From the NCBI GenBank assembly GCA_951406725.2, contig OX597842.1, positions 31,372,001-31,436,000 on the forward strand: a stretch of 64,000 nt of DNA. The letters run 5' to 3'. Position numbers and translations under genes: made by a program. How positions within the stretch are numbered: the stretch's first letter is position 1; every line of letters begins with the position of its first letter. Shown here piece after piece: positions 1 through 13,864 of the stretch. Below the pieces are notes generated by a model. That model was not told the origin of the DNA and ran no database searches. It saw only the letters and a list, made by a program, of their open reading frames with translations. The stretch is from Octopus vulgaris (Eukaryota).

Positions 1-124
1 CTGTCGAAGAGCGTAGGCTCGAAACGTAAAAGACTTGTTTTATTTCTATTCCTGAGCGCCATACTAATACAATTGTTTGTTTGTATTCCACCTGCCTTCG
101 TCTTTTGTTTATTTTCATAAAGCT
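1..124 (+). mobile_element. Penelope-like terminal-repeat fragment with minimal hammerhead-like motif (cut by window start)
   Basis: CTGTCGA-A-GAGC(gtag)GCTC-GAAA-CG-TA-aaagac. A related copy lies in reverse at 24141-24292. Ends in (TA)n. Confidence 0.6.
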
Positions 125-139
125 TATATATATATATAT

Positions 140-192
140 TGAATCAATTTCGGAATTAATCTCATAAAAGATTTATTCGTCTTCAGTAGAGC
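140..192 (-). ncRNA. Degenerate hammerhead-like motif
   Basis: Minus strand: CTGAAGA-c-GAAT a AATCT(tttatg)AGATT a ATTC-c-GAAA. The 3' arm of stem I is absent (runs into TA repeat). Confidence 0.4.
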
Positions 193-321
193 TTACGAGA
201 GAATATAAATAAGATACTTACATGCGCCCATGGAAAAAGCCGAAGCAAAACACCTGGGTACACTTAAGTACCCCAGTTATATCTCGAGCAGTCAACACGT
301 TGTTCTGAGGCTGACCAAGGA

Positions 322-388
<67 letters not shown>

Positions 389-404
389 TGTGTGTGTGTG
401 TGTG

Positions 405-678
405 TGGAGGTGCAATGGCCTAGTGGTTAGGGCAGCGGACTCGCGGTCGCAGGATCGCGGTTTCGATTCCCAGACTGGGCGTTGTGAGTGTTTATTGAGC
501 GAAAACACCTAAAGCTCGACAAGGCTCCGGCAGGGGGTGGTGGTGATCCCTGCTGTACTCCTTCACCACACTTTCTCCCACTCTTTCTTCTGTTGGCCTG
601 CTCGCTTAGCCAGCGGGGTGGCATCATTCGAAGGCTAAAACATCTGATGGTCTGGTCGGTCACGTGATCACGTGATAT
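405..678 (+). mobile_element. tRNA-derived SINE family C (tail type 1)
   Basis: A box TGGCCTAGTGG, B box GTTTCGATTCC. Homologous to 62098-62398. Ends CACGTGATCACGTGATAT. Confidence 0.85.
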
Positions 679-1035
679 ATATATGTGTGTGTGTGTGTTT
701 GTACACATATATTTGTCTGTGCATGTGGATGTATGTATATCTATGCACACACACACACACATCCATGTGTGTACATGTTTTTTACTCCATGTCTTTGCCC
801 TGCTACCAGTTTAGACTAAAACCACAGAAGTCCCTCTCCTGGTTCCGTCAGCGCTGTGTCGTATCTCGGTGGTTTAAATGTAGGGATCCCTGTGGCATTG
901 GGGTGGGTGGGGTGGACACCCCCCTCTCAAGGGTTGGTGTGAGGGACAGCATCTGAGTATGGAATGATGTTCCCTTGTGATACCTTGTCTGACCTTCGCC
1001 GGAGCGGATAGGGGTGGGGGGGAGAAACACGTAGG

Positions 1036-1770
1036 GTGATGGTGATGGGTATGATGATGGTGGTGGTGATGAAGTCAATGTTGGTGGTGATGATGATGGT
1101 CATGACGATGATGATGATGGCTATGGTGATGAGGGTGATGATGATGATGATGATGGTGGTGGTGATGAAGGCAATGTTGGTGGTGATGATGATGGTCATG
1201 ACGATGATGATGATGGCTATGGTGATGAGGGTGATGATGATGATGATGATGGTGGTGGTGATGAAGGCAATGTTGGTGGTGATGATGATGACGACGATGA
1301 CGATGATGGTGATGAAGGCAATGTTGGTGATGATGATGATGGTCATGACGATGATGATGATGGCTATGGTGATGAGGGTGATGATGATGATGATGATGGT
1401 GGAGGTGTTGATGACACCAATGATGGTGATGATGATGACGACGATGACGATGATGGTGATGAAGGCAATGTTGGTGATGATGATGATGGTCATCATGATG
1501 ATGATGGCTATGGTGATGATGATGGTGGCGGTGGCAGCAGTGGTGTAGGTGTTGATGACACCAATGATGGTGATGGTGATGGTGATGATGATGATGATGA
1601 TGGCGGTTGTGATAATGCCAAGGGTGATGATTATGATGATGATGATGTTGGCTATGGAGATGGTGGTGGGGATGATAATGGTGGTGGTGGTGGTGGTGGT
1701 GATGGTGATGGCGGTGGTGGTGGTGGTGGTGGAAGCTACAGCAACAATGATGGTGATGATGTTGATGATA
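1036..1770. repeat. Compound (GAT/GGT)n repeat with 96-bp higher-order unit
   Basis: Marker GAAG(T/G)CAATGTTGG at 1071, 1167 and 1263 (96-bp spacing), then irregular spacing. Confidence 0.85.
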
Positions 1771-1929
1771 CAGACACACACACACACGCACACACACACA
1801 CTCTCTCTCTCTCACACACACTGATATATTCATAACTGCAGTGAATTGTAGAATATGTTTAGAAGATGGAGTGGGTGGCATGGTGGGGTTGGAGATTAGG
1901 TTATTGACATCATGGCTAATCATCACCAC

Positions 1930-1964
<35 letters not shown>

Positions 1965-2099
1965 CTGTTTGTCTTTGTCTTCATTTTCCTCCTCCTCTTC
2001 CTCTTCCCCCTCCTCCTCCTCCTCCTCCTCCACATCATCATCGTCGTCATGGTCACCTGTCTACACCACAATGGTTCCTGTTTCTGCGTGCATGAATCT

Positions 2100-3190
<1,091 letters not shown>

Positions 3191-3293
3191 CCTGTCTGTT
3201 TATTAATCTGTAGAGGTGAAATGCCATGGGACATTCTTTGTTTCTTGCCAAACTTTAACAAAAAGATGACATCATATTTCGCAGACACTGTTA

Positions 3294-3341
<48 letters not shown>

Positions 3342-3604
3342 GGTATATATTGTGCTGCATCTATATTGTAGGGTGTGTAGTTTTGCGTATTGAGTACAGG
3401 CTGTATAGTGTTGTGTATATATTATAGATGTAATATATACAATGTATATATTATATCTACAGTGTAGTGTACACACTGGGTGAATGTTATGTCTATATGG
3501 TAGGGTGTATATAGCATTGTGTATAACATTGTATAGTGTGGTGTATATATAGTGGGGGGTATTTCTTACTTCTGTGTTGTAGGGTGAATATTGAAGTGTA
3601 TATA

Positions 3605-3653
<49 letters not shown>

Positions 3654-3656
<3 letters not shown>

Positions 3657-4073
3657 CGCATGAGTGGATGTGTGGTAAGTAGCTTGCTAACCAACCACAT
3701 GGTTCCGGATTCAGTCCCACTGCGTGGCACCTTGGGTAAGTGTCTTCTGCTATAGCCCCGGGCCGACCAATGCCTTGTGAGTGGATTTGGTAGACGGAAA
3801 CTGAAAGAAGCCTGTCGTATATATGTATATATATATATATATATATATGCGTGTGTGTGTGTGTATGTGTTTGTCCCCCTAGCATTGCTTGACAACCGAT
3901 GCTGGTGTGTTTACGCCCCCGTCACTTAGCGGTTCAGCAAAAGAGACCGATAGAATAAGTACTGGGCTTACAAAGAATAAGTCCCGGGGTTGATTTGCTT
4001 GACTACAGGCGGTGCTCCAGCATGGCCGCAGTCAAATGACTGAAACAAGTAAAAGAGTAAAAGAGTAAAAGAG
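3654..4073 (+). mobile_element. tRNA-derived SINE family A, full length (CORE-like; possibly an octopus OR-type SINE)
   Basis: tRNA-like head, CCTTGGG(C/T)AAGT CORE-like motif, internal (TA)/(TG) microsatellite, (GTAAAAGA)n tail. More than 20 homologous copies or fragments in the window. Confidence 0.9.
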
Positions 4074-4342
4074 ACAGGTTATGGTGTTTGAATAGTGGTG
4101 GCTTTTCGCATTGCTGCAGGGGCTAGAGGTGGTTATCTTTAATTGTGGGTGTAAAAATTTAGGGGATTTTGGAAAAGGGGGGTAAAGAAGAGGGCAATAA
4201 AAAGAACCAGGCAAAGAAGACGAACAAAAGAAGAAAGGGAAAAGGGGACAACACGCACAAAACAACACCACCACTAAAACCCGAGCGAAGCACGGGTCAA
4301 AACAGCTAGTATATATATACATATATATACATATATATATAT

Positions 4343-4763
4343 AGGTGTAGGAGTGGCTGTGTGGTAAGCAGCTTGCTTATGAACCACATGGTTCCGGGTT
4401 CAGTCCCACTGCGTGGCATCTTGGGCAAGTGTCTTCTGCTATAGCCTCGGGCCAACCAATGCCTTGTGAGTGGATTTGGTAAAAGAAAACTGAAAGAAGC
4501 CCATCGTATATATGTATATATATATATGTATGTATGTGTGTGTGTGTGTTTGTGTGTCTGTGTTTGTCCCCCTAGCATTGCTTGACAACCGATGCTGGTG
4601 TGTTTACGTCCCCGTCACTTAGCGGTTCGGTAAAAGAGACCGATAGAATAAGTACTGGGCTTACAAAGAATAAGTCCCAGGGTCGATTTGTTCGACTAAA
4701 GGCGGTGCTCCAGCATGGCTGCAGTCAAATGACTGAAACAAGTAAAAGAGTAAAGAGTAAAGA
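4343..4763 (+). mobile_element. SINE family A, full length
   Basis: Homologous to 3654-4073. Confidence 0.9.
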
Positions 4764-4802
4764 GCATATTCATACATACTTATATTATATATATGTATGG
4801 GT

Positions 4803-4877
4803 GTGGAGGCACAATGGCCCAGTGGTTAGGGCAGCAGACTCACGGTCGTAGGGTTGCGGTTTCGATTCCCAGACTGA
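4803..4877 (+). mobile_element. SINE family C head fragment
   Basis: GGAGGCACAATGGCCCAGTGGTTAGGGCAGC...TTCGATTCCCAGAC. Confidence 0.75.
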
Positions 4878-5140
4878 ACCGAAATCCTTAATGTTCTGAA
4901 GCAAACTTCTTAACCCCACAGCTATGCCCTGTGTCTGCGTGTATACACACCTACATAATAATATATATAATTAATATACACCCACTGGTTAAACATGCTT
5001 TTTGGTAAAAGTATGAAATCATGTATGTTTACAGGAATATACACAATGCAATATAGACACAACTATATACACCCTACAATACAGACTTAACAATATACAT
5101 CCTGCTATATACGTATATATATATATATATATATATATTG

Positions 5141-5353
5141 CTCTTTACTCTTTTACTTGTTTCAGTCATTTGACTGCGGCCATGCTGGAGCACCGCCTGT
5201 AGTCAAGCAAATCAACCCCGGGACTTATTCTTTGTAAGCCCAGTACTTATTCTATCGGTCTCTTTTGCCGAACCGCTAAGTGACCGGGACGTAAACACAC
5301 CAGCATCGGTTGTCAAGCAATGCTAGGGGGACAAACACATACACACACACACA

Positions 5354-5397
<44 letters not shown>

Positions 5398-5558
5398 TAC
5401 GACAGGCTTCTTTCAGTTTCCGTCTACCAAATCCACTCACAAGGCATTGGTCGGCCCGGGGCTATAGCAGAAGACACTTGCCCAAGGTGCCACGCAGTGA
5501 GACTGAACCCAGAACCATGTGGTTGGTTAGCAAGCTACTTACCACACAGCCACTCCTG
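5141..5558 (-). mobile_element. SINE family A, full length
   Basis: Reverse complement of family A. Confidence 0.9.
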
Positions 5559-5786
5559 TTTATCCCATAAAACTCAATTTTTCCCATATTCCTCACCATG
5601 GCAACAAAACCGTAGCCCTGAGCAACTTGCAACCCTCCTCACACCATTGCCCACCCCATTTTACCCCCCAGTGTAAATTTTGGCGCCAATCCAACCCCAT
5701 TTACCGGACCCTTAAACCGTTCCCATCCCAAAATGAGACAAATATCCAAGAAATCAAACCTATTTGCATTTCAACTTTATAGATAT

Positions 5787-5830
<44 letters not shown>

Positions 5831-5924
5831 TAATAAATAAAATATATGCATACATACAAACATATATGTACGTACCTACATCTACATGTATATATACATG
5901 CATATATAAATATATATACGTACA

Positions 5925-6600
5925 GGAAGAGAGAGAGAGAGAGAGAGACACACACACACACAGACAGACAAGGCAAGTGAGAAAGAGAGGGAGAGAGCGA
6001 GGGACAGACAGATAGACAGACATACGTCCAGATGGAGAGAGAGAGGGATAAAGTGAGTGAGAGAGGACAAAGGGAGGGAGAGAGAGAAACAAGGAGTGTG
6101 AGATAGAGAGAGAGATAGAAACAGACAGACAGATAGATGTACATATAGAAGAGAGAGACAGTGAGACAGAGAGAGAGAGGAGAGATATAGATAGACATGC
6201 ATAGAGACAAGGAGAGAGAGAGAGACAGACAGAGAGAGAGATAGAAGGGGAGGTAGACAGATAGAGAGAGCAAGAGAGAGAGGGGGACAGACAGATATAC
6301 AGAGAGAGAGACAAAGAAAGTTAGAGAGGGAGAGATGTACATACAGATGAACAAGGAGAGAAAGAGAGGGAGAGATGTACATACAGATGAACAAGGAGAG
6401 AAAGAGAGGGAGAGATAGACAGATAGGGAGAGAGAGGGAGAGATAGACAGAGAGATTGAGAGAGACAGACAGAGATGTACATACAAATGAACAAGGGGGG
6501 GGAGAGGGGGAGAGATAGATAGACAGATAGATAGATAGAGAGGGTGAGATAGACAGAGAGAAAGACAGATAGATAGAGAGAAAGAGAGAGAGAGGTAAGT
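5925..6600. repeat. (GA)n/(GACA)n/(GATA)n purine-rich tract
   Basis: Seen directly; includes duplicated GGGAGAGATGTACATACAGATGAACAAGG blocks. Confidence 0.9.
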
Positions 6601-6912
6601 AGATGGTTGATAAGAAGATTGTGTATGTTGCTATTGAAAGCAAAAGAAACAATTTAATCAAAGATGAAGGCTATTATTGTATTAGTGGAGATAGTGATTG
6701 ATTTTATCACTGTATCAATATATTGATTTATTGATCTGTTAGATTAATATATTTAAATTTCGCTGTTGTTCGCTTGTTTGGAAGCAAATGGAACATCAAG
6801 TCAACGACCAGGCCGGAAGATGACCGACAAAACACTTCGCATTCTTTCACAATGCTGTATCATGATCATCATGATGATGGTGATGATGATTATAATGATA
6901 TTAATAATAGTA

Positions 6913-7225
6913 ATGGAGGCGCAATGGCCCAGTGGTTAGGGCAGCAGACTCGCGGTTGGAGGATCGCAGTTTTGATTCCCAGACTGGGTGTTGTGTGTGT
7001 TTATTGAGCGAAAACACCTAAAAGCTCCATGAGGCTCCGGCAGGGGGTGGTGGTGACCCCTTCTTGTACTCTTTCGCCACAACTTTCTCTCACTCTCTCT
7101 TCCTGCTTCTTGAGTAACGCTGCGATGGACTGGCATCCCGTCCAGCTGGGGGTAACACATACGCCATAGAACCTGGGAAACCGGGCCCATGAGCCTGGCT
7201 AGGGTTGAAAAGGGCACATGAATAC
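6913..7225 (+). mobile_element. SINE family C (tail type 2)
   Basis: Same head as 405-678, but the 3' part contains CTGCGATGGACTGGCATCCCGTCCAG. Ends at a (TAA)n tract. Confidence 0.85.
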
Positions 7226-7227
7226 AT

Positions 7228-7424
7228 AAAATAATAATAATGATAATGACGATGATGATGATGATAATAATGATAATGATAATAATAATTATACTGATAA
7301 AAATAATAATAATAATAATAATAATGATAATAATAATGATAATAATAATAATAACAATAATAATAATATCAATAATAATAATAATAATAATGATAATAAT
7401 AATAATAACAATAATAATAATATC

Positions 7425-7456
<32 letters not shown>

Positions 7457-7715
7457 TAATAATAATATCAATAACAATAACAATAATAATGTTAAAATAA
7501 TGATGATGATGATAATAATAATTATACTGATAAAAATAATAATAATAATAATAATAATGATGATGATGATGATAATAATAATAATAACAATAATAATAAT
7601 ATCAATAATAATAATATCAATAACAATAATAATGTTAAAATAATGATGATGATGATAATAATAATGAAAATAATAATGTTAATGATAACGATAATGATAA
7701 TAATAATAACAATAA
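7228..7715. repeat. (TAA/TGA/CAA)n trinucleotide tract
   Basis: Seen directly. Confidence 0.95.
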
Positions 7716-7956
7716 CTTGTCTGTCCCATAGATATGTCTGTGCAATGGCCATACTCGATAACGAGGGGCAGCCATCATATATATATACATAAATATGCAT
7801 GTGTATCGTAGTACTTAAGCCTCCACATTTTTGTTGATTTCAGTTTTCAGATAGCACCTACATTTCTAGGAACAAGAGCTAAAAGCTCTCAGGGCCCCAA
7901 AGAAGCACATGTCTATCTGCTGACAAGGGAGCCAAGTGTCCCAGAGAGTAAGAGAG

Positions 7957-8007
7957 ATCATCCTACGAGAATTGTAGTTTCGCTTGAAATTAAAGCTCAT
8001 CAGTGAT
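7957..8007 (-). ncRNA. Type-I hammerhead-like motif, cleavage site altered
   Basis: Minus strand: ATCA-CTGATGA-GCTT(taatttc)AAGC-GAAA-CTAC(aattctc)GTAG-GA-TGAT. All three stems pair, but U16.1 is G. Confidence 0.65.
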
Positions 8008-8550
8008 ACACACTCCAACCCTGAAGGGTCTGGTCAAATTCCAACGGTCAGCAGTCGATAGCATTTACCACACGAATCAATGAATGATTCCACAAGATCG
8101 TTATGGGGGAAATTATGAAATAACGAATGCAGCTAAAAGCAATTTAAAACCAAAAACGAAGAATTCGATCGTTATTAATTGTGAATAACGGTGCAGAATG
8201 AATGGCCCCTGCATTGCTAGACTTGTTCTACTTTGCAGCTAAGAGGGTTATTAACTCTTATTTCTAGCAATGTTGGTGCTGCCCAACAACATCTGCCACC
8301 ATTAGTGACAATTGAATTTTCCCATTTTCGTTTTATATTCCTCATAGTTGCCTTCATTATTTTATATACACCCATACATATGTGTGTGTGTGTATATATA
8401 TGTACATATATGTATATATATATATATGTATATATATGTGTGTGTATATATACATGTATATGTGTGTGTGTATATATATTTACATACATGGATATATATG
8501 TATATATATATATGTGTGTGTGTATATATACATATATATGTGTGTTTGTG

Positions 8551-8581
<31 letters not shown>

Positions 8582-8768
8582 ATGTGTGTGTGTATACATG
8601 TATATGTGTGTGTGTATATATATTTACATACATGGATATATATATAAATATATATGTGTGTGTATATATACATATATATAAGTGTGTATATATATAGATA
8701 TGTGTGTATATATATATATATGTGTTTGTGTATATATGTACATATATGGATGTATATATATATATATA

Positions 8769-8816
<48 letters not shown>

Positions 8817-9086
8817 TGTATGTATATGAATTGTATTCTTACCTCCCTCAGTCAGCCTAATTAACTTATAAAACATTCAACGTAGATTTATTGAGCACTT
8901 TAGCTAGATTCCTGCTTTTAACATACATTCCAGACATGTGTGTGTGTATATATATTTACATATATACACTTCACTCTGGCTGCAGTAAAACTTTGTTTAT
9001 TTGTCAATAAATTCCAGTGGTAAATATACGAAGCAACTTGGAATTGTGCAATGATACAATAAAATGTGTGTGTGTGTGTGTGATGA

Positions 9087-9245
9087 GAGGTGTGGCTGTG
9101 TGGTAAGAAGCTTGCTTTCAAACCACATGGTTGCAGGTTCAGTCCCACTGCATGTCACCTTGGGCAAGTCTCTTCTACTATAGCCTTGGGCCAACTAAAA
9201 CCATGTGAGTGGATTTAGCAGATAGAAAGTGGAAGAAGCATGTCA
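9087..9245 (+). mobile_element. SINE family A, 5' half (diverged)
   Basis: Head and CORE-like motif; a further fragment lies at 9458-9532. Confidence 0.75.
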
Positions 9246-9253
9246 GGTGTGTG

Positions 9254-9281
<28 letters not shown>

Positions 9282-9289
<8 letters not shown>

Positions 9290-9414
9290 AAAATTTAATA
9301 AGGGTAGAAATTGATATTAATTAATTAAAACCAGTGGCCCAGCATTTTTTTAATATGCTGGGCCACTGGTTTTAATTGATTAATATCAATTTCTACCCTT
9401 ATTAAATTTTAAAT

Positions 9415-9419
<5 letters not shown>
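9282..9419. repeat. Near-perfect palindrome (~62-bp arms) in a (TA)n tract; MITE-like or PLE-derived foldback
   Basis: ...AAAACCAGTGGCCCAGCAT-ttttttaat-ATGCTGGGCCACTGGTTTT...; one mismatch seen. Confidence 0.85.
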
Positions 9420-9457
<38 letters not shown>

Positions 9458-9539
9458 CCTTTACTATAGCCTTGGGTCAACAAAAGCCTTGTGAGTGAGT
9501 TTGGTAGATGGAAACAGAAAGAAGCCCGTTGTGTATATA

Positions 9540-10723
9540 TTGAGCCATGCCATAAATAATGTGTTTTTTTTTATACATCTTTTATTTTTCAAAATTAATA
9601 TAAACAAAGTCCTTTTTTAATTTAAGATATTCTCTCCTTCATTTTCTACAATGCTCTTCCATCTATCTGCTAGACTTGCAAGGCCCCTTTTCCAAAATTC
9701 ACTTGTCCCTGACGAAAAATACTCTTCCAGTACAGAATTCATAGTTTTCCCATCCAAATGATTTTGAAGACAGCAAAATAAATGATAATGAAATGAGGTA
9801 ATATCTGGCGAATATGGTGGGTGGGGCATCGTTTCCCATTCGAACAGCTCCAGCATTTGGAATGTCATCCTCGTTGTATGGAGCCAAGCATTATCCTGAT
9901 GGAAGAACACCTTTTATCTTGAAACCAAAGATGGTCGTTTTTCTTTTAGCGTTGACTTGAATAATTAGTTGAATGACCAAATCCACGCTTCTCTGCTACT
10001 TCCTCAACATCTGAGATGGGATTTTGTTCCACCAGGGTTTGCAAGACATCCTCTTTGAGCTCTACAGATCTTTCAGGTTGAGGTTCGTCTTCTAGGCTGT
10101 AGTTTCCGGAACCACCTTTGACGTTGACTTATGCTTATTGCCTGGTCCCCTTTACATTGCATTAATATTCCTCACACTCTCCATTGCGGTGTTTTTTGTT
10201 GTTTGTTCCTTCCCAAGCCATGCCTGGCTCATAAGGGCCAGTTTCCCAGTTTCCTTGGCGTAAAGGTTCCCCACCTGGACGGGACACCGGTCCATCGCAG
10301 GTGAGCTGCAAGATGCAGGAGGAAAGAGTGAGAGAAAGTTGTGGTGAAAGAGTCAGCAGAAGTTTCGCCATTACCTTCTGCCAGAGCCATGTGTAGCTTA
10401 GGTGTTTTGCTCATAAACACACACATCGCCCGGTCTGAGATTCGAACCCGCGATCCCTCCACCACGAGTCTGCTGCTCTAACCACTAAGCCATGTACCTC
10501 CACATTGTGGTGTTGCCTTTATTGAACTCCTAATGCAAAATATACTGAATATACTCCTTTATCACTTCCACTACAGCTTTGAAAAAATAACTTAAAATCG
10601 AACTGCACTCTTTAAAACTTGCACCAAGAATAAGCACAAGGTAAAATTACTACCTGCTTCCCGCCTCCCTCTGACTTTTAGTTCATGCAACTGAAAAACC
10701 ACATTATTTATGGAATGACCCAA
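9540..10723 (-). mobile_element. Decayed mariner (DD34D-type) transposon with TIRs, TA-flanked, interrupted by a SINE
   Basis: ORF remnant HQDNAWLH...HPPYSPDITSFHYHLF. TIRs TTGAGCCATGCCATAAATAATGTG and CACATTATTTATGGAATGACCCAA. N-terminal remnant EVIKEYIQYILH*EFNKGN near 10510-10570. Confidence 0.85.
10195..10503 (-). mobile_element. SINE family C (tail type 2) nested in the mariner
   Basis: Reverse-complement homologue of 6913-7225. Confidence 0.8.
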
Positions 10724-10861
10724 TAAACATGTTGCATGATACAAATAAAATATATTTTTGAATGCAGGAACTCTGAGTAAATTACCATTAATTAAAATTA
10801 ATTTTAATTAATAGTAATTTACCCAGTGTTACCATTACAAAGCAGAAAAATTTGTCAACAA

Positions 10862-10925
10862 CCAACCATGGGACTTGAACCTACATCCTTCAAAGATTCC
10901 AGCTGAGTGCTTTAACCATTAAGCC
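10862..10925 (-). mobile_element. tRNA-like (Pol III A/B box) segment beside a short palindrome (10773-10826)
   Basis: Minus strand: GGCTTAATGGTTAAAGC...GTAGGTTCAAGTCCC; acceptor stem not intact. Confidence 0.55.
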
Positions 10926-11449
10926 AAATTTTGTGGTATCTACACTTACAAGTAGATATAGCATAGTGTGTGATCTGAGGTATACTCAGCTGCTATCTGT
11001 CATCTGAAAAACTACTCAGAGTGAATTCTCTCGTTTGCATTTCTGCTCCTGTTGATTGAAGGTCTTAATTAATTTAATTAATTTATTCTACAATTAATTA
11101 GTGACCAGAAACAATTTGCATGTGTTACTTTGTGTGTGTGTTTTTTTTGTTGATTCTGTCGGTACACACACACACACACATGCACACACACATGCACACA
11201 CACATACACACATGCACACACACATACACACATGCACACATACACACATGCACACACACACACACACACACACATGCACACACATATATACATACAAACA
11301 TGTATACATACATTTATGTATATATGTATATATAATTGCATGTATATACACCCATGATTATATAAGGCTGCATATAACAGTAATATATATTCCTATTTGT
11401 ATATATATGTATGTGCATATATATATATCTGTGTGTGTATATGTATATA

Positions 11450-11534
<85 letters not shown>

Positions 11535-11904
11535 TTACTTATATATATGTACGTATATATATATATATATATATCATCATCTTATGTGTGTGTGTGTATA
11601 CTTACGTGTGTATGTATATATCTATATGTATGTATGCATACCTGTGGATGTGTGTATAGATGTATGTGTGTGTGTATATATATATATATATACACACACA
11701 TATATATACATATATCACATAGACCCACACACACATACACACACGCATGCAGGCCTTCACATATATATGTATACATGCAGACACACACACCCAGACATAC
11801 CCCCTCCCCTACCCCCCCTCCCCAGCCCCCCTCATTCGCTTCGTTTCTCTTAATTCTTCAATTAATTGTTACCGGATAGATTTGCTTCTTAATCACGTGC
11901 TGTA

Positions 11905-12072
11905 ACCACCACCACCACCACCACCACCACCACTACCGCCACTACCACCACCACCGCCAATACAGCCACAATGCCCAGCACTGTCATTACTACCACCACC
12001 ACCACCACCACCACCACTACTACTGCTACTACTACTATCATCACTACTACTACTACTACTACTACTACCATC

Positions 12073-12164
<92 letters not shown>

Positions 12165-12261
12165 CACCACCACTACTACTGCTACTACTACTATCATCAC
12201 TACTACTACTACTACTACCACCACCACCACCACCACTACTACTGCTACTACTACTATCATC

Positions 12262-12326
<65 letters not shown>

Positions 12327-12333
12327 CATCACC

Positions 12334-12413
<80 letters not shown>

Positions 12414-12495
12414 CATCACCACCACCACCACTACTACTACTACTACCACTCCTACTACCACCACCACCACTACTACTACCACTGCTGTCACCATG

Positions 12496-12527
<32 letters not shown>

Positions 12528-12880
12528 CACCACTTCCACCATCACCACCACCACTTCTACCACCACTACCACTGCTATCACCATGACTACTACTACTACT
12601 ACTGCTGCTACTACTACCACCACCACTACCACCACCAAAGCTACTTCTACTGGTACTACTACCACCACACTACCACCACCACCGCTACCACTGCTATCAC
12701 CATGACTACTACTACTACCACCAAAGCTACTTCTACTGGTACTACCACCACCACCACTGCTATTATCATTACTACTACTACTACTGCTGCTGCTACTGCT
12801 ACCACCACCAAAGCTACTTCTACTGGTACCACCATCACCACCACCACCACCACCACTACTACAGCCTCTACTACCACTCA
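11905..12880. repeat. (CAC/TAC)n trinucleotide mosaic
   Basis: Seen directly; source of the poly-T and poly-V pseudo-ORFs. Confidence 0.95.
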
Positions 12881-13329
12881 TAGTCTGGAAGTGAAAACCT
12901 TGTCATGCACCAAACTCTCGTCGATCAAGTGGAACGCAACTTAATCATCTTTTTCCCTTCTTCACAAAACACTCATCTCCAAGCAACCCCCACCCCACCC
13001 CGCCCACCGCATGCCGTTCCCCCCTCGCCCCTCCCCCTCGTCGACCTTTTTGTCTAGTTTCAAGTCCAATAATTAACTTTTTTTTGGTGTTTAATGAGCA
13101 AAAAGTCGGAAGGGTGGGGGTGGGGTGGTGTGGGGGAATTTTACAAGTTTGTCGCTTGAGTGGCAACGAAGGAGGAGGCGCGGGCCTCCTCCTCATCCTC
13201 CTCCTCCTTTTATTGTTGTCGTCGTCGTCATCGTCATCAATTGCTGCAAACGAATGCTACAAGTTTCATCTTCTTCGTTGTCATCGTCAGCTGTGAGTAT
13301 CTCTTTTCCACGAAGACAACATATCGTCT

Positions 13330-13424
13330 TCATCATCATCACCACCATCATCACCATCACCACCATCATCACCACCATCACCACCATCATCACCACCATC
13401 ATCACCATCATCACCACCATCATG

Positions 13425-13455
<31 letters not shown>

Positions 13456-13523
13456 CCATCACCACCATCACCACCATCATCACCACCATCACCACCATCA
13501 TCACCATCATCACCACCATCATG

Positions 13524-13599
<76 letters not shown>

Positions 13600-13860
13600 C
13601 CACCATCATCACCACCACCATCACCATCATCACCACCATCATCATCATCATCATCATTATCATCATCATAATCTCCACCATCATTATCATCATCATTATC
13701 ACCATCATCATCACCACCAACATCATCATCATCCTCATCACCAACATCATCACCATCATTATAATCATCATCATCAATGCCACCACCATCATCATTATCA
13801 CCACCATCATCATCATCATCACCATCATCATCACCACCACCACCACCACCATCATCATCA
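13330..13860. repeat. (CAT/CAC)n tract
   Basis: Seen directly. Confidence 0.95.
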
Positions 13861-13864
13861 AAGG

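Noticed and set aside
405-480. Possible tRNA genes (heads of families A, B, C and the 10862 and 56045 modules)
   Set aside because: A/B boxes are present but cloverleaf stems are broken, and heads A-C continue into SINE bodies.
927-1965. Long His/Met/Ile-rich ORFs
   Set aside because: Translations of (GAT/GGT)n open in several frames and on both strands; no unique coding sequence or splice evidence.
7915-7955. Possible plus-strand hammerhead CTGACAA-GGGA..TCCC
   Set aside because: G8 is lost without compensation and there is no GAAA; too degenerate.
11889-12881. Mucin-like poly-Thr and poly-Val ORFs
   Set aside because: Pure (CAC/TAC)n repeat with no signal peptide or flanking domain.
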